Assembly: GCA_964536725.1 (NCBI GenBank)
Contig: CAZHYJ010000005.1
Span: forward strand, 3,084-67,083
DNA from: an uncultured Gammaproteobacteria bacterium
Lineage (GTDB): Bacteria > Patescibacteriota > Patescibacteriia > Magasanikbacterales > GWA2-37-8
DNA length: 64,000 bases
Direction of reading: 5' to 3'
Of the stretch, positions 12,015 through 20,521 are shown piece after piece (position 1 is the stretch's first letter; every line of letters begins with the position of its first letter). The notes below the pieces were generated by a model. It was not told the DNA's origin and searched no databases. It saw only the letters and a list, made by a program, of their open reading frames with translations. The position numbers were made by a program, and so were the translations under genes.

Positions 12015-12038
12015 AAACGGCCCTTCAAAGGCTGTTTT
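12015..12038 (+). terminator. Hairpin downstream of gyrB, a possible weak terminator
   Basis: Stem aaacggcc/ggctgttt with loop cttcaaa. The T-tract lies within the stem and is followed by A's. Confidence 0.35.
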
Positions 12039-12058
12039 AAAAACCTTAAAAAATATAT

Positions 12059-12132
12059 CCGCTAAAGCGATATATTCTCATTCACTCGGAAATGAAAAAC
12101 TACATTTTTCATTTCTCTCATTCATTTCGAAT
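12059..12132 (+). promoter_or_regulatory. Conserved leader with palindromic operator-like motif ATATAT-CGC-TAAA-GCG-ATATAT, duplicated at 32096-32139
   Basis: ccgctaaagcgatatattctcattcac ... ctcattcatttcgaatATG. The second copy upstream of the sugar transferase gene matches 26 of 28 nt of the core and shares ctcattc..tcgaatATG. The secE copy carries an extra internal hairpin (ggaaatgaaaaa/tttttcatttct). Confidence 0.5.
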
Positions 12133-12327
12133 ATGCAAATATTTTCCGCGATCAAAAACTACTTCGTCAGCTCATACGCTGAAATGAAGAAGGTTTCCTG
12201 GCCAACTAAAAAACAAACTATTAACTACAGTTTGTTAGTTATTGGTCTTTCAATTGGTATGGCGGTGTTTTTCGCTGTCTTAGACTATGTCTTCAACCTT
12301 GGTATCGCCGAGCTCATTACTCGCTAA
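12133..12327 (+). CDS. secE: Preprotein translocase subunit SecE
   Basis: Small single-TM protein (VSWPTKKQT...IGLSIGMAVFFAVLDYVF) immediately upstream of nusG. Confidence 0.85.
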   Translation: MQIFSAIKNYFVSSYAEMKKVSWPTKKQTINYSLLVIGLSIGMAVFFAVLDYVFNLGIAELITR

Positions 12328-12350
12328 GCCCAATATAATTTTAAAACAAT

Positions 12351-12896
12351 ATGGCAAAACAAACACTTAATCTTGGGCGACGCTGGTATGTGCTACACAC
12401 CTACTCCGGTTACGAAGAAAATGTAAAACACAACCTCGAACAACGTGTCGAATCTTTTGACATGCGCGATAAGATTTTTGGAATAATCGTTCCCAAAGAA
12501 AAAAGAATTAAAATCAAAAACGGCAAACGTACCACGGTGGAAGAAAAAATCTTCCCGGGTTACGTCTTGGTAGAAATGATCGTTACTGATGATTCTTGGT
12601 ACGTAGTGCGTAACACGCCAAACGTTACTGGTTTCGTTGGTTCCGGTACTACCCCAACTCCGATTGACCAAAAAGAAGTTGACCAACTTTTGAAACGGGT
12701 TAACTCGGCTGAGCCACAACACAAGATTGATATCAACATTGGCGACATTGTACGCATCTCTGACGGCCCATTCAAGAACTTTGAAGGCAAGGTTTCTGCC
12801 GTTGATGCTGAACGCAGCAAGATCAAAGTCATGGTCACTATGTTCGGTCGTGAGACCCCAGTGGAATTAGACGCTTTACAAGTTAAGAAAATTTAG
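12351..12896 (+). CDS. nusG: Transcription termination/antitermination factor NusG
   Basis: NGN domain (WYVLHTYSGYEENV) and C-terminal KOW (GDIVRISDGPFKNFEGKV). Confidence 0.92.
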   Translation: MAKQTLNLGRRWYVLHTYSGYEENVKHNLEQRVESFDMRDKIFGIIVPKEKRIKIKNGKRTTVEEKIFPGYVLVEMIVTDDSWYVVRNTPNVTGFVGSGTTPTPIDQKEVDQLLKRVNSAEPQHKIDINIGDIVRISDGPFKNFEGKVSAVDAERSKIKVMVTMFGRETPVELDALQVKKI

Positions 12897-12964
12897 GTAG
12901 TATGTTAAACGCGACTGGTATCGAGTTAATCGGTACGCTTCTCAGGCGCATTAAATAATAATAT

Positions 12965-13390
12965 ATGGCAAAAAAACTATTAACTCAAATCAAATTACAG
13001 ATCGTTGGTGGCGCCGCTAATCCAGCTCCTCCAGTCGGTCCAGCCCTTGGTCAACACGGTTTGAACATCCAGGGTTTCTGTAAGGAATTCAACGACAAGA
13101 CCCAAGACAAAAAAGGTGATGTCGTACCAGTAATCATCAACGTTTACGCCGACCGCACTTTTGACTTCGTTATGAAGACGGCTCCAACTGCTGAGCTCAT
13201 CAAGAAAGCGGCTAAGATCCAAAAAGGTTCTGCTAAACCTTTGCAAGAAAAGGTTGGCAAAATCACCAAGGCCCAAGTCAAAGAAATCGCCGAAAAGAAA
13301 ATGACTGACTTGAACGCCAAGGATTTAGGCGGTGCAATGAGAATGGTGGAGGGTACTGCTAAACAGATGGGTGTGACGATTGAAGGATAA
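12965..13390 (+). CDS. rplK: 50S ribosomal protein L11
   Basis: [28 protein letters not shown] is the L11 signature. Conserved order secE-nusG-rplK. Confidence 0.95.
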   Translation: MAKKLLTQIKLQIVGGAANPAPPVGPALGQHGLNIQGFCKEFNDKTQDKKGDVVPVIINVYADRTFDFVMKTAPTAELIKKAAKIQKGSAKPLQEKVGKITKAQVKEIAEKKMTDLNAKDLGGAMRMVEGTAKQMGVTIEG

Positions 13391-13402
13391 AAAAACAAAA
13401 AA

Positions 13403-13435
13403 ACACTCCGATTTAAGTCGGAGTGTTTTATTTTA
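13403..13435 (+). terminator. Intrinsic terminator after rplK
   Basis: Stem acactccgattt/aagtcggagtgt followed by tttatttt. Confidence 0.75.
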
Positions 13436-13514
13436 TCTCTTTTTCACTTTCAAATCCTCGCCGCTTTCTACAAATTTTGCAAAAAACGGGGAAGGGATTT
13501 GAAGGTGAAGCCCT

Positions 13515-13832
13515 TCAGAAGGTGGGGGGAATAAATACCCCGAAGAGGGAGAGGGCGAACGAGGCAAGACGGCACAATCCATAGGAAAGCCCGTAACCGA
13601 CAGCACCGCTAACGATAGCGACGATGGCGGTAACCACGACCACCACGATCGTCGCAACAGTAGAGAAACCTGCCCACCACACGAAACTGTGCCGACGAGG
13701 CTGTCCGCCCAATCTGGTGGCATGACGAGCCAGGCCAACCACGATACCACAGATGGACAGAACCACCCAGAATGCCACGACCCCCACAATTGCGAAAGTC
13801 ATCGCAGTTGACCAGCAGAGCATGGTTTCCAT
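13515..13832 (-). CDS. Small hydrophobic membrane protein on a GC-rich island; start taken at the internal METM downstream of a GAGGAG ribosome-binding site
   Basis: Local GC is clearly higher than the flanks. GAGGAG sits 6 nt before the ATG. About 105 aa with two or three TM helices (FAIVGVVAFWVVLSICGIVVGLA; VATIVVVVVTAIVAIVSGAVGYG). Confidence 0.4.
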   Translation of the reverse strand: METMLCWSTAMTFAIVGVVAFWVVLSICGIVVGLARHATRLGGQPRRHSFVWWAGFSTVATIVVVVVTAIVAIVSGAVGYGLSYGLCRLASFALSLFGVFIPPTF

Positions 13833-13954
13833 GATTAACTCCTCGAGACAAGAGATGATAGTATACAAACACAAAAAACACCATTTTGTCAAGATTGCAA
13901 ATACCAAGGAAACAAAAAACCGGCCATAAGACCGGTTGCGAACAAAAAAACAAA

Positions 13955-15061
13955 CTAACCCAGACAACTGGCTATGTCTTGTTTAATTTTTTCGTACTCT
14001 GCTTTATCTTTTAAACCATAGTTTACTTGGGTATAACCAAAAGTTAATTTTTGCAGAAAACTCATTGGCTTCTCGGCCAGTTTCTTTAATTCTTTTTTTG
14101 TCTCCTCACCAAGCTGATAACGATCCAACATTCTTCTTATCGCCACTGCATGATCTACACCATTTCCATGTTGCAACGCTGCCGAAGAAGACATTAGAAA
14201 AATAAACAAATCCCGTGCCTGCCTCTCTGGTACTGGCACTTTGGGACTATATTCCGTCTCCGGATCGCAAATATGAACATTCTGATCCTTATCGATAATC
14301 ATATTGGGCAAATTCAGTTCACCCCACTGTACCCCTTGAGTATGCATTGCTTTAGTTTGATCAACAACTTTGTCCAACACCCCCATCAAACCATCCGCAT
14401 CCATGTCTTTAGCAAAATCACACTCACCATAATCTTTAATTAACGAACGATTGGCAAACAAATCATATAAGTTAACATTGGGGAGATAATCCATCACTAT
14501 TGTATTAGGATCGCTGTTGTTAATAGTGGGGATCTGACTACGACGCTCGAAAGTTTCTTTCCATTTTATTGAATCGGCTTTTTTAATTTTCCTACCACTC
14601 AAAGTCTTAAAAATATTATCAAATTTTCTATGAATCCAAGAGGTTGGGTAGTTGAAAACTACAAATAATTTCCGGCCGCTTTCTAAAGTAACGATTTTAG
14701 TTTGTGTGCTATAACTATGAACATGACAATCATATTCAGCCGCCGTGTTATTTCCTTTAATTATCGCCGGCGCACGAAAACCAACTTCTTTTTTAAGATC
14801 TTTAATTTTTCCTTCCAACTCACCCTGCTCCTTGGTTGTTAAAACTGCCCCAGAAATGGTGGCTGGGCTTTCTGGACCTAAAATAGCTGCGCGCACCTCC
14901 TCTATGCGATCTTTAATGTCCGCTTGCTTTCCTTCCCCAACACCACGTAATTCCGCGATCTTTGGTCCAAAATCTGGACCACCATCTTCTACCTTTTGTG
15001 GAGCTTTGTCTTTTCCTCTCTCCGTTGGATGTCCAAGCGGGTCCCTGTCTAAAGTGTCCAT
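13955..15061 (-). CDS. Protein-kinase-like fold protein (APH/Kdo/RIO-like, atypical) with a disordered N-terminal region
   Basis: WGELNLPNMIID resembles the HGDLHxxN catalytic loop and NVHICDPE the DFG-like metal-binding region. A Glu sits where the catalytic Asp is expected. Stop lies 10 nt before the queA start. Confidence 0.35.
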   Translation of the reverse strand: MDTLDRDPLGHPTERGKDKAPQKVEDGGPDFGPKIAELRGVGEGKQADIKDRIEEVRAAILGPESPATISGAVLTTKEQGELEGKIKDLKKEVGFRAPAIIKGNNTAAEYDCHVHSYSTQTKIVTLESGRKLFVVFNYPTSWIHRKFDNIFKTLSGRKIKKADSIKWKETFERRSQIPTINNSDPNTIVMDYLPNVNLYDLFANRSLIKDYGECDFAKDMDADGLMGVLDKVVDQTKAMHTQGVQWGELNLPNMIIDKDQNVHICDPETEYSPKVPVPERQARDLFIFLMSSSAALQHGNGVDHAVAIRRMLDRYQLGEETKKELKKLAEKPMSFLQKLTFGYTQVNYGLKDKAEYEKIKQDIASCLG

Positions 15062-15070
15062 ATAAAAAAA

Positions 15071-16171
15071 TTATTGTATAAACATGGCGTCACCAAAACT
15101 ATAGAAGCGATATTTTGCTTCTACTGCTTTTTGGTAACACTCTAATGTGAATTCCCTACTCCCTACAAATGCTGATACCAGCATTATCAACGTGGACTCA
15201 GGTAAATGAAAATTAGTAATCAACGCATCCACCACTTTAAATTCAAACCCGGGTGTAATAAAAATATTAATATCACCACTAAATGCTTCCAGTCGCCCAC
15301 GTTTAGCAAAAATTCCTTCCAACGATCGCACGGCGGTTGTTCCCACTACGACCACTCGCCTACCTTGCGCTTTAGCCGTGTTTATCAGCTGTGCATTTTT
15401 ATCTGTCAGTTCCACCCACTCTGGATGCATTTTGTGTTCTTCCACCTTTTCGGTCTTCACCGGCAAAAATGTTCCCAAACCAACATGCAAAGTAACTTCG
15501 GCAAATTCGACTCCTTGGTTTTTTAATTGCTCAATCAATTCCGGAGTAAAATGAAAACCAGCTGTTGGTGCCGCTACCGACCCTTCCTCTTTTGCATACA
15601 CCGTTTGATAGCGTTCGTCCAAATTCAATCCGATCGCTTTACCACTCATCTCTTTGATATATGGTGGCGTTGGCACCTCGCCATATTTATTCGCCTTAGC
15701 CCGCACAGTCATATCATCATCTTTAAATTGCACCAGAACAGTGCCGTCTTCTTCTTTGGTAATCACCTCGGCAAAAAAGTCTTCCGCAAAAACAACCTTC
15801 ATTCCCAAACGTAATTTCTTCCCCGGCTTCGCCAACACCTTCCACACCCCAAAATTTTCCATTGGTCTAACCAAAAATATTTCAACACTTGGTGTATTAA
15901 AAATTCTATCCGTTAAATCTTTGCCTTTTATCTCCAACACTTCTTCGTCTAAAAGTAACACTCCCTTTAATCGCGCCTTAAGCACTTTCGAATTGTTCCA
16001 CACCAACAGATCGCCGGGACGTAGATATTCACCGATATTAAAAAACTGGCGATGATTAACTTCTCTCGTTGTGCGATTAATCACCATTAGACGCGACTGA
16101 TCACGTCGCTCGGCTGGCGTTTGGGCGATTAGTTCTTTGGGTAAATTGTAATCAAAATCGGAAGTTAACAT
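15071..16171 (-). CDS. queA: S-adenosylmethionine:tRNA ribosyltransferase-isomerase QueA
   Basis: N-terminal MLTSDFDYNLPKELIAQTPAERRDQSRLMV matches QueA. Length 366 aa. Confidence 0.9.
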   Translation of the reverse strand: MLTSDFDYNLPKELIAQTPAERRDQSRLMVINRTTREVNHRQFFNIGEYLRPGDLLVWNNSKVLKARLKGVLLLDEEVLEIKGKDLTDRIFNTPSVEIFLVRPMENFGVWKVLAKPGKKLRLGMKVVFAEDFFAEVITKEEDGTVLVQFKDDDMTVRAKANKYGEVPTPPYIKEMSGKAIGLNLDERYQTVYAKEEGSVAAPTAGFHFTPELIEQLKNQGVEFAEVTLHVGLGTFLPVKTEKVEEHKMHPEWVELTDKNAQLINTAKAQGRRVVVVGTTAVRSLEGIFAKRGRLEAFSGDINIFITPGFEFKVVDALITNFHLPESTLIMLVSAFVGSREFTLECYQKAVEAKYRFYSFGDAMFIQ

Positions 16172-16174
16172 ATT

Positions 16175-17032
16175 TTAACGTAAATATTTCGCCACGTTAA
16201 CATTGTGCTCTTCCAGTGTCTTCGCGTAATGCATCACTCCGTCGGTGCCACTCATAAAATACCAGTAATCATTTTTTGTTGGGTAAAGTGTCGCATTGAT
16301 TGCTTTTAAACTCGGATTACCAATTGGACCAAGTGGTAGGCCAGGATATTTATAGGTATTATAAAAAGAATCTATTTGACGATCCTCTGCATTGACGGCT
16401 GGGTCATTTTTACCGGTAACATAATTCACAGTTGCACACGATTGCAGTGCCCAGTTTTTTTGCAGACGTCTCCAAAAAATATCTGCCACCAATTTCATAT
16501 CTTCCGCCGATGCCGCCTCCCGCTCTACTACCGATGCCATGGTTAAAATATCAAACCACGTTTTTTTCTGTGCAACGGCTTCAGTGCGCATTTCAGGAAT
16601 AATTTTGTCATCTAAAACAGAAAATATTTTTTTGATAATTTCTTCTGGCTTGGCGTCAGCATAAACACGATAGGTTTCTGGTAAAAAATATCCTTCATAT
16701 GAGACACTGCTGGATTTGTCCGTAAACAATTCAGCCAAAGTCCCGGTCGCTGTCCAGTCCAAAACCGGCGAAACAGTTTTTACCGCACGATAATTTTTTG
16801 CCGGCTCACCCACCAATGCATATAGCTCATCTTCGTTTTTAATCAACCCTTTTTTAACCCAATCAGTAGCAATCTGGCGCAAATTCCACCCGGGGATAAT
16901 AGTGATGTTTATCTCTGGACGTGGTGGCAATGGAACATATTTTGGCCGACTAAAATGACGGTAACCAAAAATACCCAATACTGCCAATATGATTATTGCG
17001 ATTAAAAATGTGTTTATTTTTTGGATATTCAT
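16175..17032 (-). CDS. mltG: Endolytic murein transglycosylase MltG (YceG family)
   Basis: N-terminal TM, then YceG-like motifs (GYFLPETY, YNTYKYPGLPLGPIGNPS). Confidence 0.85.
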   Translation of the reverse strand: MNIQKINTFLIAIIILAVLGIFGYRHFSRPKYVPLPPRPEINITIIPGWNLRQIATDWVKKGLIKNEDELYALVGEPAKNYRAVKTVSPVLDWTATGTLAELFTDKSSSVSYEGYFLPETYRVYADAKPEEIIKKIFSVLDDKIIPEMRTEAVAQKKTWFDILTMASVVEREAASAEDMKLVADIFWRRLQKNWALQSCATVNYVTGKNDPAVNAEDRQIDSFYNTYKYPGLPLGPIGNPSLKAINATLYPTKNDYWYFMSGTDGVMHYAKTLEEHNVNVAKYLR

Positions 17033-17733
17033 TCGATTGTTGGAGGATTAAACTTTTCTTCCGCACGATAATATTTCTCTAGTGTGTCTGTCGGAAACCA
17101 TTGCCCATTGTGACAACAGGAAAAAATTACACCACTCGGAGATAGTTTTTCAAAACAATCACGCTCGATCATACAAAAACCTTCTGGCAACATTTCCAAA
17201 ACGTCTTTCTCCATTACATATCCGCCAGCGTTATTTAAATTTGATGGCGCCTCTTCCACCTTAGGTTTTTCGATAAACCGCTTAATCTTCTCCCCTTCTA
17301 ATTCAGCAATACCAAATTGCGTTACATCCTCCACCGGAAAAAGTGCCAGGGTAATTTTGGCTGGATTGCGTTCATGTGTTGCAATTAATTCCGTCCAGTC
17401 AAAATCCGCCAAATTATCACCATTAATTACCAAAAATTTTTCGTTAATATTTTCTGCCGCTTTACGAATCGCACCACCCGTTCCTAGCGGAGCATCCTCA
17501 ATACAATATTCAATATTCATCCCCCATTTACTACCATCACCAAAATATTCTTTAATCAATTCCGCACGATAGCCAATCGAAAGAATAACATCGGTGATAC
17601 CATGTTTTTTAAAATTTAATAAAGCGTGCTCGATAATTGGCTTACCCTTAATTGTTAAAAGTGGTTTGGGAATATTTTCCGTTAATGGTCGTAAACGTGT
17701 TCCTAAACCACCTGCTAGAATGATTGCTTTCAT
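17029..17733 (-). CDS. Sugar-phosphate nucleotidyltransferase (NDP-sugar pyrophosphorylase family)
   Basis: MKAIILAGGLGTRLRPLTENIPKPLL is the GGxGTRLxPLT motif. 4-nt overlap with mltG. Confidence 0.85.
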   Translation of the reverse strand: MKAIILAGGLGTRLRPLTENIPKPLLTIKGKPIIEHALLNFKKHGITDVILSIGYRAELIKEYFGDGSKWGMNIEYCIEDAPLGTGGAIRKAAENINEKFLVINGDNLADFDWTELIATHERNPAKITLALFPVEDVTQFGIAELEGEKIKRFIEKPKVEEAPSNLNNAGGYVMEKDVLEMLPEGFCMIERDCFEKLSPSGVIFSCCHNGQWFPTDTLEKYYRAEEKFNPPTIE

Positions 17734-18260
17734 AGATCAATAACAATACGTAACCAAAACATTATCACCGTCACCAAACCTGCCAAGGACAACCCGCCAA
17801 CAATATCAAAAGGATAGTGGACGCCGGCATACACTCGCCCCCAACCAACCCATAATGCCATTGGCAACAACATCCAGGCTCCCGGCAAACCCAAAAGTAA
17901 CGCCAGAAACAAAAGTAAGAAGGCAGAAAACGCATGATCGGACGGAAATGACTTCCAACTACTCAAGGGATAGAACAAAAGATGGCTTTCCGGGTGTTTC
18001 ACATGCGGACGAGACTCCTTTACAATCATACCGATCAACAAACTGAGCATTATCCCCATTGCCCACGCACTACCCAAAATCATCACTCCAATGAACATCG
18101 CTTTGCGATCAGGCATGCGTACCATCCACATTCCAACCAAAAACCAAGCGGTCATACCAAAAATCACCCACTCCGCTCCCGCGCGACCAAAGGCGTCAAA
18201 CCAGCGATTTTTCCCGACCAAACTGTTAATTTTCAAAAAAAGACGTGTGTTCCAGTCCAT
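17730..18260 (-). CDS. PAP2-family phosphatase (undecaprenyl-diphosphatase-like)
   Basis: PAP2 motifs KxxxxxxRP (KESRPHV), PSDHA (SFPSDHAFSAF) and a downstream His (AGVHYPFD). Polytopic membrane protein. Confidence 0.75.
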   Translation of the reverse strand: MDWNTRLFLKINSLVGKNRWFDAFGRAGAEWVIFGMTAWFLVGMWMVRMPDRKAMFIGVMILGSAWAMGIMLSLLIGMIVKESRPHVKHPESHLLFYPLSSWKSFPSDHAFSAFLLLFLALLLGLPGAWMLLPMALWVGWGRVYAGVHYPFDIVGGLSLAGLVTVIMFWLRIVIDL

Positions 18261-18363
18261 AGGATATATAATGGATATATCTTAACAAAAAGCAGGCTTA
18301 ATGGCAACTAGGCCAAAACCTTGAATTTTTCTGACTTAATGGTATAATTCCCCCCATCAATAT

Positions 18364-18436
18364 GCGCCCATAGCTCAGGGGTTAGAGCACCGCCCTTATA
18401 AGGCGGGGGTCGATGGTTCGAAGCCATCTGGGCGCA
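18364..18436 (+). tRNA. tRNA-Ile with anticodon UAU (reads AUA)
   Basis: Hand-folded cloverleaf: acceptor gcgccca/tgggcgc, D stem gctc/gagc, anticodon stem ccgcc/ggcgg with loop CTTATAA (34-36 = TAT), T stem gatgg/ccatc with loop TTCGAAG, discriminator A. Body resembles a tRNA-Ile(GAU) sequence (…CTGATAAG… in the standard isoacceptor). No encoded CCA. Confidence 0.75.
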
Positions 18437-18438
18437 CT

Positions 18439-19419
18439 ATGAAAAAACCAATCCCCAACCCAAAAGACATGCCGAAGACACCGATCCAACGGTTAGATGT
18501 TTTTTTAACCGAAACACTAAAAATCACCCGCTCCCAAGCACAAAAGATGTTGGAACGTGGAGAAGTTTTGGTAAACGGTGAACCACCATTTAAAACCGGC
18601 CAGAAAATCGGTCCAAAGGACAAAGTTACTTTTATTAAACCCGCCCCCAAGAAAGACGACAACGAAAGAAAAAAAGTGATCGCCGAAAGAACAAAAAAAT
18701 TCACTTTTAAAGATCTAACTATCACCAAAAAAACTCCCGACTATTTTATCGTTGAAAAACCAACCGGGATGCTCACCCACTCTACTTTAAAAAATGAACC
18801 TGACTCGTTGGCAGAATTAATGGCCAAAAAATTTCCCGAAATAAAAAACGTGGGCGACGATCCTGCTCGTCCTGGTATTGTCCATCGTTTAGATAAAGAG
18901 GCCTCCGGTTTATTGGTTGTTGCCCGCACACAGAAAATGTTTGAACATTTAAAGGAACAGTTTAAAAAACGTACTATCCAAAAAGAATACCTTGTCTTGG
19001 TGCACGACAAAGTTGCTAAAGATTGGGCAGAGATAAACTTCCGCATCGAACGCTCCGAAAATGCCGACCGCATGGCTGCTCGTCCCACATTAGAAAAAGG
19101 CCAACCATCCGAGGCCGGCAAAGAAGCCCTCACCGAATTTTGGGTGGAAAAAAGATTTGTTAACTTCACACTTCTACGCGTAAACATCCACACCGGTCGC
19201 ATGCACCAAATCCGTGCACATATGTTGGCGTACGATCACCCAGTAGTTGGCGACCCACTATATTTCCAAAAGAAACAAAAACGCACCTGGGACATCCGTT
19301 TGGGTCGACTGTTTTTGCATTGCAATAAAATTGCCTTTGAGGATTTAAATGGCAAAACGGTTAGTGCCGAATCACCTTTACCTGAACCACTAGAAAATTT
19401 CCTTAAAACTTTGGCGTAG
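18439..19419 (+). CDS. RluA-family 23S rRNA pseudouridine synthase (RluD/RluC-like); alternative start at 18469
   Basis: N-terminal S4 domain (RLDVFLTETLKITRSQAQKML) and catalytic HRLDKEASGLLVVART. The ATG lies 2 nt after the tRNA. Confidence 0.88.
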   Translation: MKKPIPNPKDMPKTPIQRLDVFLTETLKITRSQAQKMLERGEVLVNGEPPFKTGQKIGPKDKVTFIKPAPKKDDNERKKVIAERTKKFTFKDLTITKKTPDYFIVEKPTGMLTHSTLKNEPDSLAELMAKKFPEIKNVGDDPARPGIVHRLDKEASGLLVVARTQKMFEHLKEQFKKRTIQKEYLVLVHDKVAKDWAEINFRIERSENADRMAARPTLEKGQPSEAGKEALTEFWVEKRFVNFTLLRVNIHTGRMHQIRAHMLAYDHPVVGDPLYFQKKQKRTWDIRLGRLFLHCNKIAFEDLNGKTVSAESPLPEPLENFLKTLA

Positions 19420-19420
19420 T

Positions 19421-20044
19421 ATGAAAGCTGCCCAAAAAAATCCAATTATAATAATTAGCGGCCCCGCTGGTGTAGGCAAAACTACTGTCGCTAAAGCATT
19501 GCAACGCGATTATTCCAACTTAGAAACCAGCGTCACCTATACCACCCGCCAACCCCGTCTTGAAGCCCCAGAAGATAAAAAAATATATTACATTACTATT
19601 CCGGAATTCGAAAAAATGATTGTCCAAGATGAATTTTTAGAATGGGCAAAAGTACATGGCCAATATTACGGCACACACAAAAACAAAACTTTGGAAAAAT
19701 TAAAGAACCATCCGGTAATTTTTAACCTTGATGTTCAGGGCGCAAAACAAATTATGGAGAAGATTACTGACCACCCCTTGGTTAGCATTTTCCTTGTACC
19801 AGAATCAATTGAACAAATCAAAGAACGGATAATCAAACGTGGTCACTCTGATCCGGACGATCTCGCCCGACGTCTCGAGTCGGCTGAAAAAGAGCTAAAA
19901 ACACAGAACATCTATCAGCACCAAATAGTGAACAGTGAAGGCAGAGTACAAGAAACGATTGCTACAATAAAGAAAATCCTCACCCCATATTTAACCCAAA
20001 AAACCTCCATATTTAGCCAAATTCGCACATTTCTGCATTTTTAA
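19421..20044 (+). CDS. gmk: Guanylate kinase
   Basis: P-loop GPAGVGKTT and guanylate-kinase signature TTRQPRLEAPEDKKIYYITIPEFEKMI. Confidence 0.88.
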   Translation: MKAAQKNPIIIISGPAGVGKTTVAKALQRDYSNLETSVTYTTRQPRLEAPEDKKIYYITIPEFEKMIVQDEFLEWAKVHGQYYGTHKNKTLEKLKNHPVIFNLDVQGAKQIMEKITDHPLVSIFLVPESIEQIKERIIKRGHSDPDDLARRLESAEKELKTQNIYQHQIVNSEGRVQETIATIKKILTPYLTQKTSIFSQIRTFLHF

Positions 20045-20054
20045 TTACGACACC

Positions 20055-20083
20055 TTGACAAAAAACAGAAAATTGGCTAAAAT
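20055..20083 (+). promoter_or_regulatory. Sigma70-like promoter for rplS (TTGACA-17-TAAAAT)
   Basis: Perfect -35 hexamer, 17-nt spacer, A/T-rich -10, about 20 nt upstream of the ATG at 20105. Confidence 0.6.
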
Positions 20084-20104
20084 ATGGCAACAATCAATAC
20101 TTAA

Positions 20105-20467
20105 TTGAAATTTATGACCGAAACAAAAGACAACCAAATTTACAAACCTGGCATGTTGGTAAGAGTTCACCAGAAAATTAAAGAAACCAACACTAAGGGT
20201 GAGGAGAAAGAACGTATCCAGATTTTCGAAGGAACCATCATCGCCGCTAAACACGGACAAGAGATTGGTGCCACCATCACTGTATACAAAGTTTCTGAAG
20301 GCGTCGGTGTAGAAAAAATCTACCCAATCCATTCGCCGGTGGTCGCTAAGATCGAAATCGTCAAAGCGTTCCGTGTCCGTCGTGCCAAGCTTGGACATTT
20401 GCGTGATCGCAAGTTCAAACGCAAGTTGAAGGAAGTTAAGAAGGCAAAAGTGGAAGTAAAGAAATAA
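20105..20467 (+). CDS. rplS: 50S ribosomal protein L19
   Basis: Motifs FRPGDTVRVHQKI-like (KPGMLVRVHQKIKE), IQIFEGTIIA, YKVSEGVGVEKIYPIHSP. About 120 aa. Confidence 0.93.
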   Translation: MKFMTETKDNQIYKPGMLVRVHQKIKETNTKGEEKERIQIFEGTIIAAKHGQEIGATITVYKVSEGVGVEKIYPIHSPVVAKIEIVKAFRVRRAKLGHLRDRKFKRKLKEVKKAKVEVKK

Positions 20468-20474
20468 TTAAACT

Positions 20475-20508
20475 AAAAAATCCGGCCTTGTTGGTCGGAT
20501 TTTTTTAT
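20475..20508 (+). terminator. Intrinsic terminator after rplS
   Basis: Stem aaaaaatccggcc/ggtcggattttttt. The same stem family (aaatccgacc/ggtcggattt) recurs at 31676-31706. Confidence 0.75.
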
Positions 20509-20521
20509 TTCTTTTGGGTCT

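Noticed and set aside
11968-12038. A tiny sRNA driven by the TTGACG-17-TAAGAT promoter and ended by the hairpin at 12015-12038
   Set aside because: The transcript would be only about 30-40 nt and the hairpin lacks a proper downstream U-tract. It is more likely a gyrB terminator overlapping a fortuitous promoter-like sequence. Kept only as low-confidence features.
13855-13870. Possible 1-nt discrepancy between my hand translation and the provided ORF track around 13860 (the YTIIS region of ORF 13515-13967)
   Set aside because: This is most likely my own counting or reading error. I kept the track coordinates and treat all hand-derived coordinates as approximate to 1-2 nt.
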